Source: Eukaryota sp. GEM-RC1
Lineage: Eukaryota
Reading direction: 5' to 3'
DNA: 64,000 bases
Assembly: GCA_040285855.1 (NCBI GenBank)
Contig: JAUFOQ010000018.1
Span: 434,001-498,000 of the forward strand
Both the position numbers and the translations under genes were made by a program. Shown here in pieces: positions 41,858 to 52,587 of the stretch. Each line of letters starts with the position of its first letter. The stretch's first letter is position 1. The notes below the pieces were generated by a model, which saw only the letters and a program-made list of their open reading frames with translations, searched no databases and had not been told where the DNA came from.

Positions 41858-43657
41858 TTAAGTACGTTGGAAAGCTTCAGGCCTAGTTCCAAATAAGTAA
41901 CCCTCTATAGCGATCTCAAGTTGATTTCTGGAGGCAGAAATATCTCTTGACCAAACCTGAGCACATGTTGGACATCGAAATATGGCGTGATTCACTCTTC
42001 TTACTCCATCAACTTCATGATATATCAACTGATGCCTCACTTTACAGCAGTTAGTTTTTGCGGAAGTGAAGTATTCATCGCCCATAATAACGGGAAAGAA
42101 TCTTTTGAGATATTCAAGGAATCCCTTTCTTGGAGACTTCACTTGCTGCCTAGATGGGCTAGCACCTCCTGTCCCAAACCAAACTCTGATTTGGCTTCCT
42201 TGTGCCATATTTTTCAAATTTTGAGCAAATAAATCAAATCGTTTCTGTTTTCTTATGAAGAAATCGAACTTGTTTCTCCGTAGGTTGGGTCTGTTCCCAT
42301 TTAATAAACACCGTTCTAGACTGTTCTTACTCATATTTTGATCAACAATAGTTTTCGATATCTCGAGCAGATACAGGTACATGTTCTGAACGGAATAGGT
42401 GTTCGACGTAGAGTTGCTCAAAGCACCAAACATAACAGTATTGATAGCCTTGGCTTTTGGTGCCAGTGTAATACCAGAGTCCAATAAATAGTCAGTGTTG
42501 GTTCCAATAGACCAACCACATAGGTTACTGTGGTTGGGATCAATTGCACACCATAACCAATCTTCATCAGGAGGAGGTTCGAAATCAGCTGTTCTCGCAC
42601 GTCGTCGTAACGGAGCCACTTTCTTCTGTAGGTTACACTTTCTCTTTCGAGACTTAACCTTGAAGTCTTCGGAGCCACTTGCCCTCCTTGACTCAAACTG
42701 CTCCTTGGTAGTACGGTTCCTTGTTTTTTTCGGCTTTGTGGAAAAATTATCCTCAAACTTACACCATCAGAGGCCAGGGTGTAAGTCTGGAAACGGGGGC
42801 GTTTCCTAAACGTTTTCAGTGGGTTACTTTTGAGAGTCCTTGAGAAGTTGAACTCTCTGAAGTGTTTCTCCACTTCCTGAGAGAATGATACAAACACTGG
42901 AGCATAGCTGGCCATTGGAACTAGAGCATGGCGGCGCATACAATCTGGCGCAGCATCCTCGAGAGCAGACAACAGGTTCAATCCAGCTGCGAATAGAAAT
43001 GAGGTGTTCGTTTCATTCAGGGCAACAGACCGTTCTGTCAATAGATTATTGAACAGGACAACATCCCCGACTAAGTGATTAAAGGTGGCCAGAGTTTGTT
43101 GGTGATGAGCATTCCACCATTGCTGCAGTGATGCTCCAGGTTGAGCACCACGTACGACAGCAGAAGCGTATCCCTTAGGGGTCGGGCAGTCGAGGAATAC
43201 AGCAGCGGTCCGGAAGAAGTTCAGCTTCCAACTGACTGGACCATCGGCCATCAGTTGTTGAAAAGCTTCAGACAACTGGCGTGACCTATCACTCAAGAGT
43301 TGTGAGTGACACCAGCGTGTCGGTTTGTGTCGGCCAAGAGGGGGGGAACGGCCAAATGGATACTGGCGGAAGACTCGACGACAGATGCAGTGCAGTGTAC
43401 ACTCCATTGTCGTTCTCAAAGGGGCGGTTTACTTTCGGCTCAGAGTGAGCAACGAACCCAAAGCACTGGTACCAGAAACGCTGGTCAGTCAACCAGCGTG
43501 CTAAGTGGGGGTGCTGGAGCACAAAGACCCGGGCCAGTAAAGTTGAGTGAACAGCAACGTCTCGAAGGTACCGAAATTGCCTGTTCATCACTGCCCGAGC
43601 TGGCGGGTCAAAAAACTTGGCAAGTGAACACGTGACCGTGGAGGTCGTGGTAGTCAT
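41858..43657 (-). CDS. Fanzor1 RNA-guided endonuclease (TnpB-like), ~599 aa after correcting two compensating homopolymer frameshifts
   Basis: N-terminal TVTCSL, SQLL..QL..F, SDGVSL, K/R-rich linker, RuvC-I CAIDP (D codon 42539-42541), VWFGTG, RuvC-II GDEYFTS (E 42074-42076), Cys residues NCC..CPTC, RuvC-III WSRDISASRN (D 41942-41944), C-terminal RPEAFQR. The 5' half is visibly more GC-rich than its flanks. Confidence 0.92.
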
Positions 43658-44193
43658 GTTCAAGAAATTTATGAAATATTGTGGATTTTCTTGTATTTCA
43701 ACTACATGTTACTTTCAGAAAAATATTTTACATCAATGATTAGAATCTTTTGGTAAATAGGTACAGTAGACTAGAGGTTGTTGTTCTCAGAATTGTTTGA
43801 ATGATCCCAATGGTATCGCTACAAGAATGAATAAGATTTACGATGGGTCATCTTAATCATCTTAATTCAAACTTTGACTTAGTGGCAACGTCTTTGTATA
43901 TGGTAGCTGCAGTATACAATCCCTGCTAGTGGAATTTGGGACTGACTGACTTTCTCCCCTTGACTGTGGGATGATTTTGTGGTGTTTCTCTCCTACTTTA
44001 CATTCATGAATCTCTTTCTCAACATCCTGAAATTCCTGACATCACTAACAGTGATAAAACGGACGACGACTCAAGAACACGAATGTTCTCAAAACACTAA
44101 GCAATAGTTTGTTGGTTTATTTATCATAAAAAGCTGTCGTCTGCTGTTAAAATTAAGATTATATTCAAGCAATATCTTCAAAAATAACTGGAA

Positions 44194-44465
44194 TGACTCG
44201 ACAAACACATGATATACATCATAGAGGCTCTGGAAATACTCTAGAGAAACACTGGACTCAAAATCTCGTTTAATTCTCTTGTTTAATTAATTCTGTCAAG
44301 AGATTCCTGTGGAGTCACATCAAGGAATATAATGCTGTTTCTCTTTCTCATAAAATTAGCCATGTTGTTAAACAAGCGGAGATAGGTTTCGTAGCCATGT
44401 TATTCCATGAGTCCTGAGTCTGAGAGCATTTTGGCAAAGACGGAGTCCTTATAGATTGTTCAGTC
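44194..44465 (-). pseudogene. Deoxynucleoside (dA/dG) kinase pseudogene fragment
   Basis: My translation: D*TIYKDSVFAKMLSDSGLME*HGYETYLRLFNNMANFMRKRNSIIFLDVTPQESLDRIN*TKRIKRDFESSVSLEYFQSLYDVY. This matches dNK DRTIYED / LDV.PE.S..RI..R.R..E motifs, with three in-frame stops. Confidence 0.8.
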
Positions 44466-44869
44466 ACTAATGGAACCACTGATGGAGCCGAGGGATGCCG
44501 AACTGAACGCCAGAAGTGGTCATGGCGAATAAAACTCTGTTGAGTCCAGTTTCTCGCTTTCTTTTGCAAAACTATGAAAAGAAGAATCAGAGATTCACGA
44601 AAAGTTCAGACGTGAAAGTATGATAAGAACTTCACCGGATCAGATACGCCTTTATTGAGATGAACAGCAGAGTATGTTCTACGAGAAGGATTGAGATCGT
44701 CAGGTTCTAGATGAATGTTCCGTGTATGATACAGATATAACAGCAAACCCATAAGAGAGAGGAAAAACTGAAAACCAGAACGGGGAAAAGAAATGTTGGG
44801 GAAAAGACAATTGGGAGGTTTATGCATCCGAACTGAAATCCCCAGTAAAGAGATCTTCACATCCTAGAC

Positions 44870-45433
44870 TAGGATTGTAATTTTGAGTCAAGCTGACTCA
44901 CTGAGCTTTGAGTCAGTCAGCTCGAGTCAGGCTCATTTGACTCATGAGTCAAGTCAAGCCTATGTTTCTATCCGTAAGTCAGCTCTACTCAAGTTTACTC
45001 TAATAAATAAAATTGAATACAATTCAAACGTATTCTATTACAATCACGTGTACATCGAATTAGTAGCTGATTTCTGTATAAATTCATTTGTCTTTCCTCA
45101 ATGTTTTCGTCAAACCCTATCATTATTGACGATGACTCCAGTAAAATTCGTTCTCCTGTTTGGAGTTCTCTGCTGCAAACCAAATTGTAACAAAGAAAGG
45201 AGCTAGACTATCTGACGATACTGCAAGGTGCTTACTGTGTTTACGTTCGTGGTACAAAACAGGTGTATTAAATTCAGATCAGTGAAAAACAGTAGGATTT
45301 GTGTTATGTTATGAAGTACAATAGAAAAAAGCATTCAAAATGAGTCAGCTCAAATCAGGTTGACTCATGAGTCAAGTCAAGCTTCAAATTGTAGGCTTGA
45401 CTCGACTTGACTCGGCTCATTTTAACAACCCTA
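44870..45433. mobile_element. Non-autonomous hAT element / MITE (564 bp)
   Basis: 8-bp TSD TCCTAGAC (44862-44869, 45434-45441). Imperfect TIR TAGGATTGT/ACAACCCTA. Subterminal TGAGTCA/TGACTCA repeat clusters. Confidence 0.9.
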
Positions 45434-45461
45434 TCCTAGACTCAACAATCGTTCGTTTGGA

Positions 45462-46310
45462 ATGACTCAATTCATTATCGGACTCTATGTCTGTCTTTTT
45501 TTCTATATAGGAGTTTCACTACATAGTATCATCGAACTTATTGTTTCCCGTCGTAAACTCGCTTCTCAGCTTGCTTTTGCTTCTGCTCTTCGGTCCAGGA
45601 TTCTTTTCTATGCTTTTCTAGCAGTTGCATGTCTCTCTCGTTTTCTAATAATCTCTCAACAAGTTTACCTTTACCATCAAGTAGAAGAAGTAGAACCTCA
45701 ATCATGGGAATATAGATGGATCCACTTACTACCAATTCTCTTCTTTCTTTCCGCTTTCTCTGTCATTGTGGTCTTCTTTTCTCGCCTGTATCACGCTACT
45801 CAATCACAACAGACCGATCTCATGTCAACCTTCTACTTTTACCTTAATTCTATTGTATATGTCGCATTTATATTGATATCAGTGTTCACGTTTTCCAATC
45901 AACCTGATTCAATTAAAATGAATTTGTTCAAGCGGTTGTCATTTATTTGTTTTGCCATCTCTTTCTTTGTTTCAGCAGCGTCTTTGTTGTTTTACGGAAG
46001 AAGAATCTCTTTGTCTTTGTCTAACGCCGTTTTCTTTAGAGGTGGGCTTGACCCAAAGACTTTTCTGAAGAGAAGATGTTTGGCATTAATGATCGTTATT
46101 GGAACGGTGTTTTTTGGACGGGGAATTTATTTCACCATTGAATCAACCCTTCAATCAGAGATCAGACCTTCCTTTATTCCAGATTTGATTTGGGAAACTA
46201 TATATTTTATGATTTTTGAGTGCATACCGTCAGTTATTTGTTGTCATTTATTGAATGCTAAACCTAAAACACAAAACAAGGATGCTCTTTTAACGGTAGT
46301 TAATGAATGA
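45462..46310 (+). CDS. 7-TM protein, TOM1/THH1 (DUF1084)/GPR137-like
   Basis: 282 aa with about 7 hydrophobic helices; LPILFFLSAFSVIVVFF and C-terminal IYFMIFECIPS resemble the family. Confidence 0.7.
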   Translation: MTQFIIGLYVCLFFYIGVSLHSIIELIVSRRKLASQLAFASALRSRILFYAFLAVACLSRFLIISQQVYLYHQVEEVEPQSWEYRWIHLLPILFFLSAFSVIVVFFSRLYHATQSQQTDLMSTFYFYLNSIVYVAFILISVFTFSNQPDSIKMNLFKRLSFICFAISFFVSAASLLFYGRRISLSLSNAVFFRGGLDPKTFLKRRCLALMIVIGTVFFGRGIYFTIESTLQSEIRPSFIPDLIWETIYFMIFECIPSVICCHLLNAKPKTQNKDALLTVVNE

Positions 46311-46523
46311 GTTGTGATATTGTCACTGAAAATTTACAAAGTCTGGTCCAAATTCATGGACTTTTTTCGTGAAAACGATTATTGTGTTCTTTATTTTTGT
46401 TGTATCATTAACATTATTTCAAAAGGGAGATTATAACAATTTACATACAGTAAGCATGTATAAATTGGAAAATTTATTAATTTTTTAAAATACAAGAGAA
46501 TATCATCAGAAGAAATTTTAAAA

Positions 46524-48617
46524 TTATTGGAACTTTAATTCATTAAAGACTTTAGTTAAAGAAGGATTTGATAGCTCTCGTGAACCTAAATTTCCCAAAA
46601 TTTTCAATACTTCTGACCTCAAATCAGCTAAATTTGAAATTATCGTAATTAAATCCAGAACAGGTGCATGACATTCGACATTGGTTCCAGGAAATAACAT
46701 TTTTAAACACGCAGAAAGCAATGGCAAATATTCCTTTAAAATATCAGGAAATAAATCAGCAATAAGTTTGACACAATTACAAGCCAAATGTACCAACTGG
46801 GGGTCACATAAAGAGACAAAAATCAACTCTTTGATTGATCCTAAAGAGCTCAACTGAGGTGGGGTCAAGTTCTGAGGTAATGCAGGTAGAAGAAAACTAA
46901 TAAGTTCTAAATGTTCAACTTCAAAGTTAACCAGTTTGTTAGCAGACACGAAGTAACTGAATGCCGACAGTACTTCCTCTGGAATCCAATATTTTTGAAT
47001 TATTAAAGAATTTGACCAAACGCCTAACCGAAGAGTATCATCAGATCCGAAAAGATTTGAACGAACAAAAGGATGGGCACTGAAGAAATATTTTAAAAAT
47101 GTTACAAATATCACTTCGTTTTCACGGAATTTCAGAGGCATTAGAACCTGTGCAAAAAAAGACAGAAAAACAAAACTTACTATCAGGTTATTCGAACTGG
47201 ATTCATATCTGTTCAAAAGGTGTGTTAACTTGTCAGAATCAAAATCTGATAAAGAAAGATCCGTCAGAAGAAACTCCAAGGTTTTTGCCTTGACGAAATG
47301 AGATTCGCTTGAAATATTGAAAATTTGGGAATATATTGAAGTTAAATCGGTAAACTCCAAAAGTCGCTGGAATATTGAAATTGAGAAAAACAAAACGTCA
47401 GAATTAGAATGATTAAAGTACAATAGTGCAAAATAAATTAAAATATCAACAATTTCAGAATTAACCAACGATGATGGGAGAACATTTACTAAAAACGCCA
47501 AAAAACTCATGAAAATTGTAGTATTATTGGAATAGCGGTCATTAAGATCTTTAATTAAATTAATAAAAGCATCAGAGTCGTTATCAATCAAGTCAACTAA
47601 AAATTTCATCAAAATTTGAAAATTATTAGTTGGAATTCTTACGACATCAGCATCTGATTCAAAAATTCCAGGGAAAAAATGATTAAATACCACAGTTTTA
47701 AAAGAAAACGACTGTTCGGATATCAAAAATTTTGAAATTGAGGCAAAATATTTAGACAAAAAGTGACCATGATCGCCTAGAGAAATTAACAGAGTTCTGG
47801 AAACTTTAGCAAAGAGAATTAAATCTGTGCGATTATTTAAAACTGCTTGTGCAATCAAATTAGATTGAGAGTCAAAATTTTCAAAAAACACTGACAATTC
47901 ATCATCTGCTAACTGATCCATCCTATTTAAAAAATCATTGATAGAAACAATGTTCAAAGAGGACAAACAATCTAGCAAAATAGAATCCAAACATGATCTT
48001 GATTGAGAAACGTCACTTGATTGATTGTCTTTTGATTGATTGGTAGGTGGCAGTTGCTTACTATATTGACCAGGATTTTTGATCTTCTTGACGGAAACTC
48101 TTTTAAATTCAATTCCTTTTCTTTTTGGAGATGAACTGTCAATTGTAGTTGATGATATATCTCGAAGGATGTGAGGCGCTTCATTTCTAGGGGCAGCGGG
48201 GGAGGTCTTGAGGGAGGCAGAGAGAGTGTTACGAGAGAAGGGGAGAGGCTTAGAGGGTTGAGATTGAGGAGCGGGTTGGATAGGAAGTGGGCGTTTGGTA
48301 AGGAAGGAATAGAACTCATTGACTAGAGAAAGGGCTGCTCCAGGCTTGCAAAAGATGACGTCATCAATGAGAGAATTGGAGAAAGGGATTTGCCGTTTGA
48401 CGAAGACACGGCATAAGAGTGACCAATTGTCTTTCTTTCTTGCAGCAGAATGGCCATTTTCAAAGGAATGTAGTTGTATATCTTGAGGATAATAACGAGA
48501 AAAGATCTCAGCAATAAGAAATCCATTAGAGAAGTCACGCTTGATGTTTTTGACGGAGTAGGAGAGATCAAGACTCTGTAGCCACTTAAGAACCTCTCGA
48601 GATGGCAATGAAGACAT
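46524..48617 (-). CDS. SPATA4/SPEF1-family CH-like domain flagellar protein
   Basis: N-terminus SREVLKWLQSLDLSYSVKNIKRDFSNGFLIAEIFSRYYP...KKDNW. ATG at 48617 is preferred to the GTG-started ORF call. Confidence 0.85.
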   Translation of the reverse strand: MSSLPSREVLKWLQSLDLSYSVKNIKRDFSNGFLIAEIFSRYYPQDIQLHSFENGHSAARKKDNWSLLCRVFVKRQIPFSNSLIDDVIFCKPGAALSLVNEFYSFLTKRPLPIQPAPQSQPSKPLPFSRNTLSASLKTSPAAPRNEAPHILRDISSTTIDSSSPKRKGIEFKRVSVKKIKNPGQYSKQLPPTNQSKDNQSSDVSQSRSCLDSILLDCLSSLNIVSINDFLNRMDQLADDELSVFFENFDSQSNLIAQAVLNNRTDLILFAKVSRTLLISLGDHGHFLSKYFASISKFLISEQSFSFKTVVFNHFFPGIFESDADVVRIPTNNFQILMKFLVDLIDNDSDAFINLIKDLNDRYSNNTTIFMSFLAFLVNVLPSSLVNSEIVDILIYFALLYFNHSNSDVLFFSISIFQRLLEFTDLTSIYSQIFNISSESHFVKAKTLEFLLTDLSLSDFDSDKLTHLLNRYESSSNNLIVSFVFLSFFAQVLMPLKFRENEVIFVTFLKYFFSAHPFVRSNLFGSDDTLRLGVWSNSLIIQKYWIPEEVLSAFSYFVSANKLVNFEVEHLELISFLLPALPQNLTPPQLSSLGSIKELIFVSLCDPQLVHLACNCVKLIADLFPDILKEYLPLLSACLKMLFPGTNVECHAPVLDLITIISNLADLRSEVLKILGNLGSRELSNPSLTKVFNELKFQ

Positions 48618-48871
48618 TACGGATTGATGGAAGTGAGTGACAATTGTTTGGATATTTTTTGACTTTACATACTGAAATTCACACGCATCCAGAAAACATC
48701 CATAGCAGTTCACCGTTACGCACTTGTTGAGCTTTCATAACTTGTACATCAATTTGGTTGGATCCGTTGGCTGTTTAAAGACTGTATTGACTTTCATTTT
48801 TGAGAACAATATACGAGAAACAAATATGATGATCCCTTGACTGCTCTAAAACATACTACACATGTTGAGTA

Positions 48872-49734
48872 CAGTTATGTATAAAAATTAGCGCACCGTT
48901 CACTACCGTAAGTTACGGTATACTCGGTATCCGTAAAATATGGCAAATGTAAAAAAGTTACGACAAATGTTACCGTAGTGAGAATGTACTATGTAATGAT
49001 TTTCATACCCTATAAATCGAAACATCAAAGCAGTACTGATCATTTTCATCAGATTTATAACAACTTTGCGACTATTTGTTGCCCTAGTACATGTACTTCT
49101 TGTAGATTGGACACATGACAAGAGCTCAAATACTTAGAAGCTGGTACAACATTATGATTTTTAACAATCAATCAAATGTGATAATCCTGTCAAGACAACT
49201 TCAAAAACCGTATTATGTTGATCATCGTCATCGTTTGAAGTGGAGCATTTTAAAACGTCAACTTTTGCTTCTCTACAATTTGAAGCTGGTGGAGATTGTG
49301 GAAGCGAATATACATGCAGGACATTCAGAAGAATTTTAACAATCCGATTTTCATTAGTGAAGGATCTTAATTTTTGTCCTTATTAAATATTTGCGGTTAA
49401 TTTTGAAAAAAAAACGGGGTTTATGCTCAGTCAGTGAAATAAATGCATTTGCAGAAGTTAATAACTAACAGACACTAACTAAAGTATCTGAACTATGATC
49501 CTTCTGCCCATCACCGAACAACTTTTTGTAGTTTCAATTATCCCTTTTGGCAAATCCTTTTATTTCACTGATTGATCATAAACATCGTTTTTTCAACACA
49601 TAATCTTCCGTATTCCGCTTATTCTCACTTCGTTACAAACTTGCGTAAAATACGGCAAGTGTAAAAATACGCAAATAATTTACGGCAAACTTGAAAAGTA
49701 CAGTATTTACGGCTACTATTTTTATACATCACTG
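48872..49734. mobile_element. hAT-like MITE (863 bp) containing a short LINE 3'-end insert (~49406-49523)
   Basis: 17-bp TIR CAGT(T/G)ATGTATAAAAAT with 1 mismatch. Degenerate 8-bp TSD GTTGAGTA/ATTGTGTA. Subterminal TACGG/CCGTA repeats. Confidence 0.8.
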
Positions 49735-49748
49735 ATTGTGTACAAATT

Positions 49749-51540
49749 TTTTTTGAATGAGTTTTTATGGAACAAAAACACTAAAATAAACACAAATACT
49801 AGAACTCAATATCATTAAAGCAACAATCATTGCCATAAAAACTCACATCAGCTTTTTTCTTCATAAAAAACACTGAGAGCTAATAGAGCTTTTGAAATCA
49901 TGATAGGAATTGTTTTAAATATTGTGAAAACAATACGATTCAACCAAAATTTGAAATCAAATTTCTTGTTCATTCTTTTTGACCACTTTCTCAAAATCAG
50001 AGAGAAAACAAAGAGCAACTCTACCAAGTCGACCATAAATTGAAATTGCAAACGGACATAATTTGTACTCAACATGTCTAATATGTTTGAGAGCAGTCAG
50101 TGGTTCATCATATTTGTTTCTCTTGTATTGTTCTGAAGAATTCAGTGGAGAAACTTCATTTTTGCATCCTTGAATGCACTTTTTTTGCAAACATCCACAG
50201 TAATCACATCAACAACGGTTAGTTCATCATTGACTGATGGAACTATGACATCAGCTTTTCTTTTACCAAAAGTCTTATCAGAATCACTATTTTTTGAATT
50301 ATTGATTTCCAATGATCTCAACAGTGGCTCAACGAAAGATTCGAATTTGTAGGACTTACACATGGCATGAATTTGATCTCTGACAGCATCATGAATACAA
50401 GTTCTATAAGTAATGAAACGATTACAACTCAAAAGGTGAGAAAAGGTAACTAATTTGCCACATTTGCATTGAAGATCATTGGGTAAATTAGAGGGCCACA
50501 AGAAACACCGAAGTCTGAATGTTGTAGTCCATTGATGATCATTCAACAACAAACCATCAATCTGTGGAATTTGGTTAATCAAAGCAACTGAAGAACTGTC
50601 CTTCAAATCGATTAAAAAATTTGCGGAAGCTGGATTTTTTTTCTTTGGCCAAGCCAAGTCGAATTTTAAAATCCAGACATTCAAAATGTTTTAAAAGGTG
50701 TTTTTGGAGTTTCTTAAGAGCAAATTTTAACGAGGTGACACATCGTTCTGGTATTTCACAAATATCTGCTGGAAAATAAGTTTGCCAGAGGTCAGGTGAA
50801 ATTAGCGACAATTCTGATCTCAAATTTACCAAGAAAAAACTACTTGTCGAAACAAGAAGATTTTCTTGACTTGGGTACCGTCTACAGAACTCAAAGACAA
50901 AATTCTTACCACCACCAATAAAAGCAGATTTGGTCCACCATTTAGACGAAGTAAAACCAATACCACCAAGATGAGGATCTGAGAAGATGTGATTGTTCAA
51001 AGCAGCAATATCCACTGATAACAAAAATGCAAGAAAGTCAGTACGAATTTTGTTAAAGCTTCTACAGAAGTTATAGGTAAGTACAGGGGCGAGAGAGTGA
51101 AGCAGATGGGTAACTTTTCCTGAATAACAAATTTTTAGCATAAAGAATTTGAGATGTTTTTCCAATTGCAATTCCTTAATTTGATCTAATTCTTTTCGCA
51201 TTGAATCCAAATATACATTCAGATCTTTAACAATGTTGTCATGTGAACCAAGATAGCAACCTAGAAATCTAAAGCTTGAAGATAAGTAGTTCACAGAGGG
51301 AACCTCTAAAGAATTAACAATTAAAGTTACAGGTACCTTGGCAATCAAAAAACATTTTTGCACATTGAATTGAAGTCCAATTGCATCGTACAAATCAGCA
51401 GCCTGATACGCAATAATACGAAGAGTTGACATAGGCGCAATACAAGAAATGTCATCCATATAAGCTACAATTTCTAAGTCTGCATGTTCTTCTTTGAGTT
51501 TTTTCAGGATTGGATGAATAGCCAAACAAAAAAAGAAGGG
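49749..51540 (-). mobile_element. 5'-truncated RLE non-LTR retrotransposon with poly(A) tail
   Basis: AYMDD, RFLG, CxC..HLLSC, IHDAVRD, RKAD, VDVITVD motifs. 14-bp TSD ATTGTGTACAAATT (49735-49748, 51541-51554). T-run on the plus strand at the 3' end. Confidence 0.9.
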
Positions 51541-52165
51541 ATTGTGTACAAATTATGTCCTTTTGCAATTTCAATTTATGGTCGACTTGGTAAAGATGCT
51601 TTTTGTTTTCTCTCTGAATTTGGGAAAGTTGTCAAAAATGAATGAACAAGAAATTTGATTTTCTGTTTTGGTTGAATCGTACTAGTATTGTTTTTACTAC
51701 TGTATATTTAAAACAATTCCGATTATCATTTCAATAGCTCTACTGTATTAGTTCTCAGTATTTTTCATGAAGAAAAAGCTGATGTGAGTTTTAATGGTAA
51801 TGATTGTTGCTCTAATAGTATTGAGTTTTTGCACTTATCTTACAGTTTTTTGTTCCATAAAGAAGATATTTCGAAAAAAAAGTATTGACTTGCAGTCATA
51901 TAGAAAAAAAAACTCCAAGAGAGTATTTGCTATTAATTATTAAGTCAATTTAAACTAACCAGGTTTATACTTTGTGGAAATTGGCTTTGTTGATATGATT
52001 GCTGGAAATTCCGGAATCACATTTGGTAATTTTTGTTGTAGACCCTGCTTGATTTACTTACTGGAAATCAATTCTTATAGTTTTGTATCTCTATCGATAG
52101 CAGTAGATTTCGAACTCTATATAATTAACAAAGGTTAAGCTCAGAAATTAACTGAAACAAATGAA

Positions 52166-52201
52166 TTACACTAGTGGTTACACTAGTGGTTACACTAGTG
52201 G
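52166..52201. repeat. 3 x 12-bp minisatellite TTACACTAGTGG
   Basis: Direct reading; palindromic core CACTAGTG. Confidence 0.9.
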
Positions 52202-52587
52202 TGTTTGGAAATAGATTATTGAAAAAACATACTTGGTTCAGGTGGTTCATTTGAAAAGATATATATCAATTAATTACGGTGCTACAAAGCAAGAAATTGA
52301 ATTTCCAATTATTTTATTACAATTTTACGTTGTGAAATCAATCCAACACATTTCAAAATATAGATCATTTTTTGAAAAATGATTCTTGAGTTGAGGGAAC
52401 GCATACAGACATACATATACACCAAAATACTGAACTAAGATTAAACAGGGAATAAACAGCTTTGAGCGAGGGACCCTCAGAAAGCAAAATAAATAAATCA
52501 AACAATTCAATTGTCAATCACTTTCTGACGCCGTCTGCCATTGAAGGAATTGTTTCCTGATTGATTTCTTGAGTGAGTAGCAAATTG

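Larger units (their letters stand above)
48800..51881 (+). mobile_element. Degenerate plus-strand non-LTR 3' fragment, interrupted by two nested insertions
   Basis: ...CATGTTGAGTA (48871) continues as CAAATTATGTCCTTTTGCAATT (~51549), matching the antisense copy at 50040-50080. Ends in a 3' UTR and A-run at ~51873-51881. Confidence 0.7.

Noticed and set aside
42734..42762. Possible 29-nt GTAAGT...AAAG intron that would also restore the Fanzor frame
   Set aside because: It would delete the conserved VSL residues of the DGVSL motif and has no CTAAC branch site. A 1-nt homopolymer indel is more parsimonious, but RNA-seq is needed to exclude it.
42700..43400. Programmed ribosomal frameshifting in Fanzor
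   Set aside because: It would need two opposite shifts, and the same type of indel affects ordinary host genes.
44194..44465. Stop-codon reassignment suggested by in-frame TAA/TGA in the dNK sequence
   Set aside because: Intact genes here end at TAA, TAG and TGA and have no internal stops, so ordinary pseudogenisation fits.
52166..52201. Telomeric or operator-like role for (TTACACTAGTGG)3
   Set aside because: Only three copies in intergenic DNA with no supporting context.
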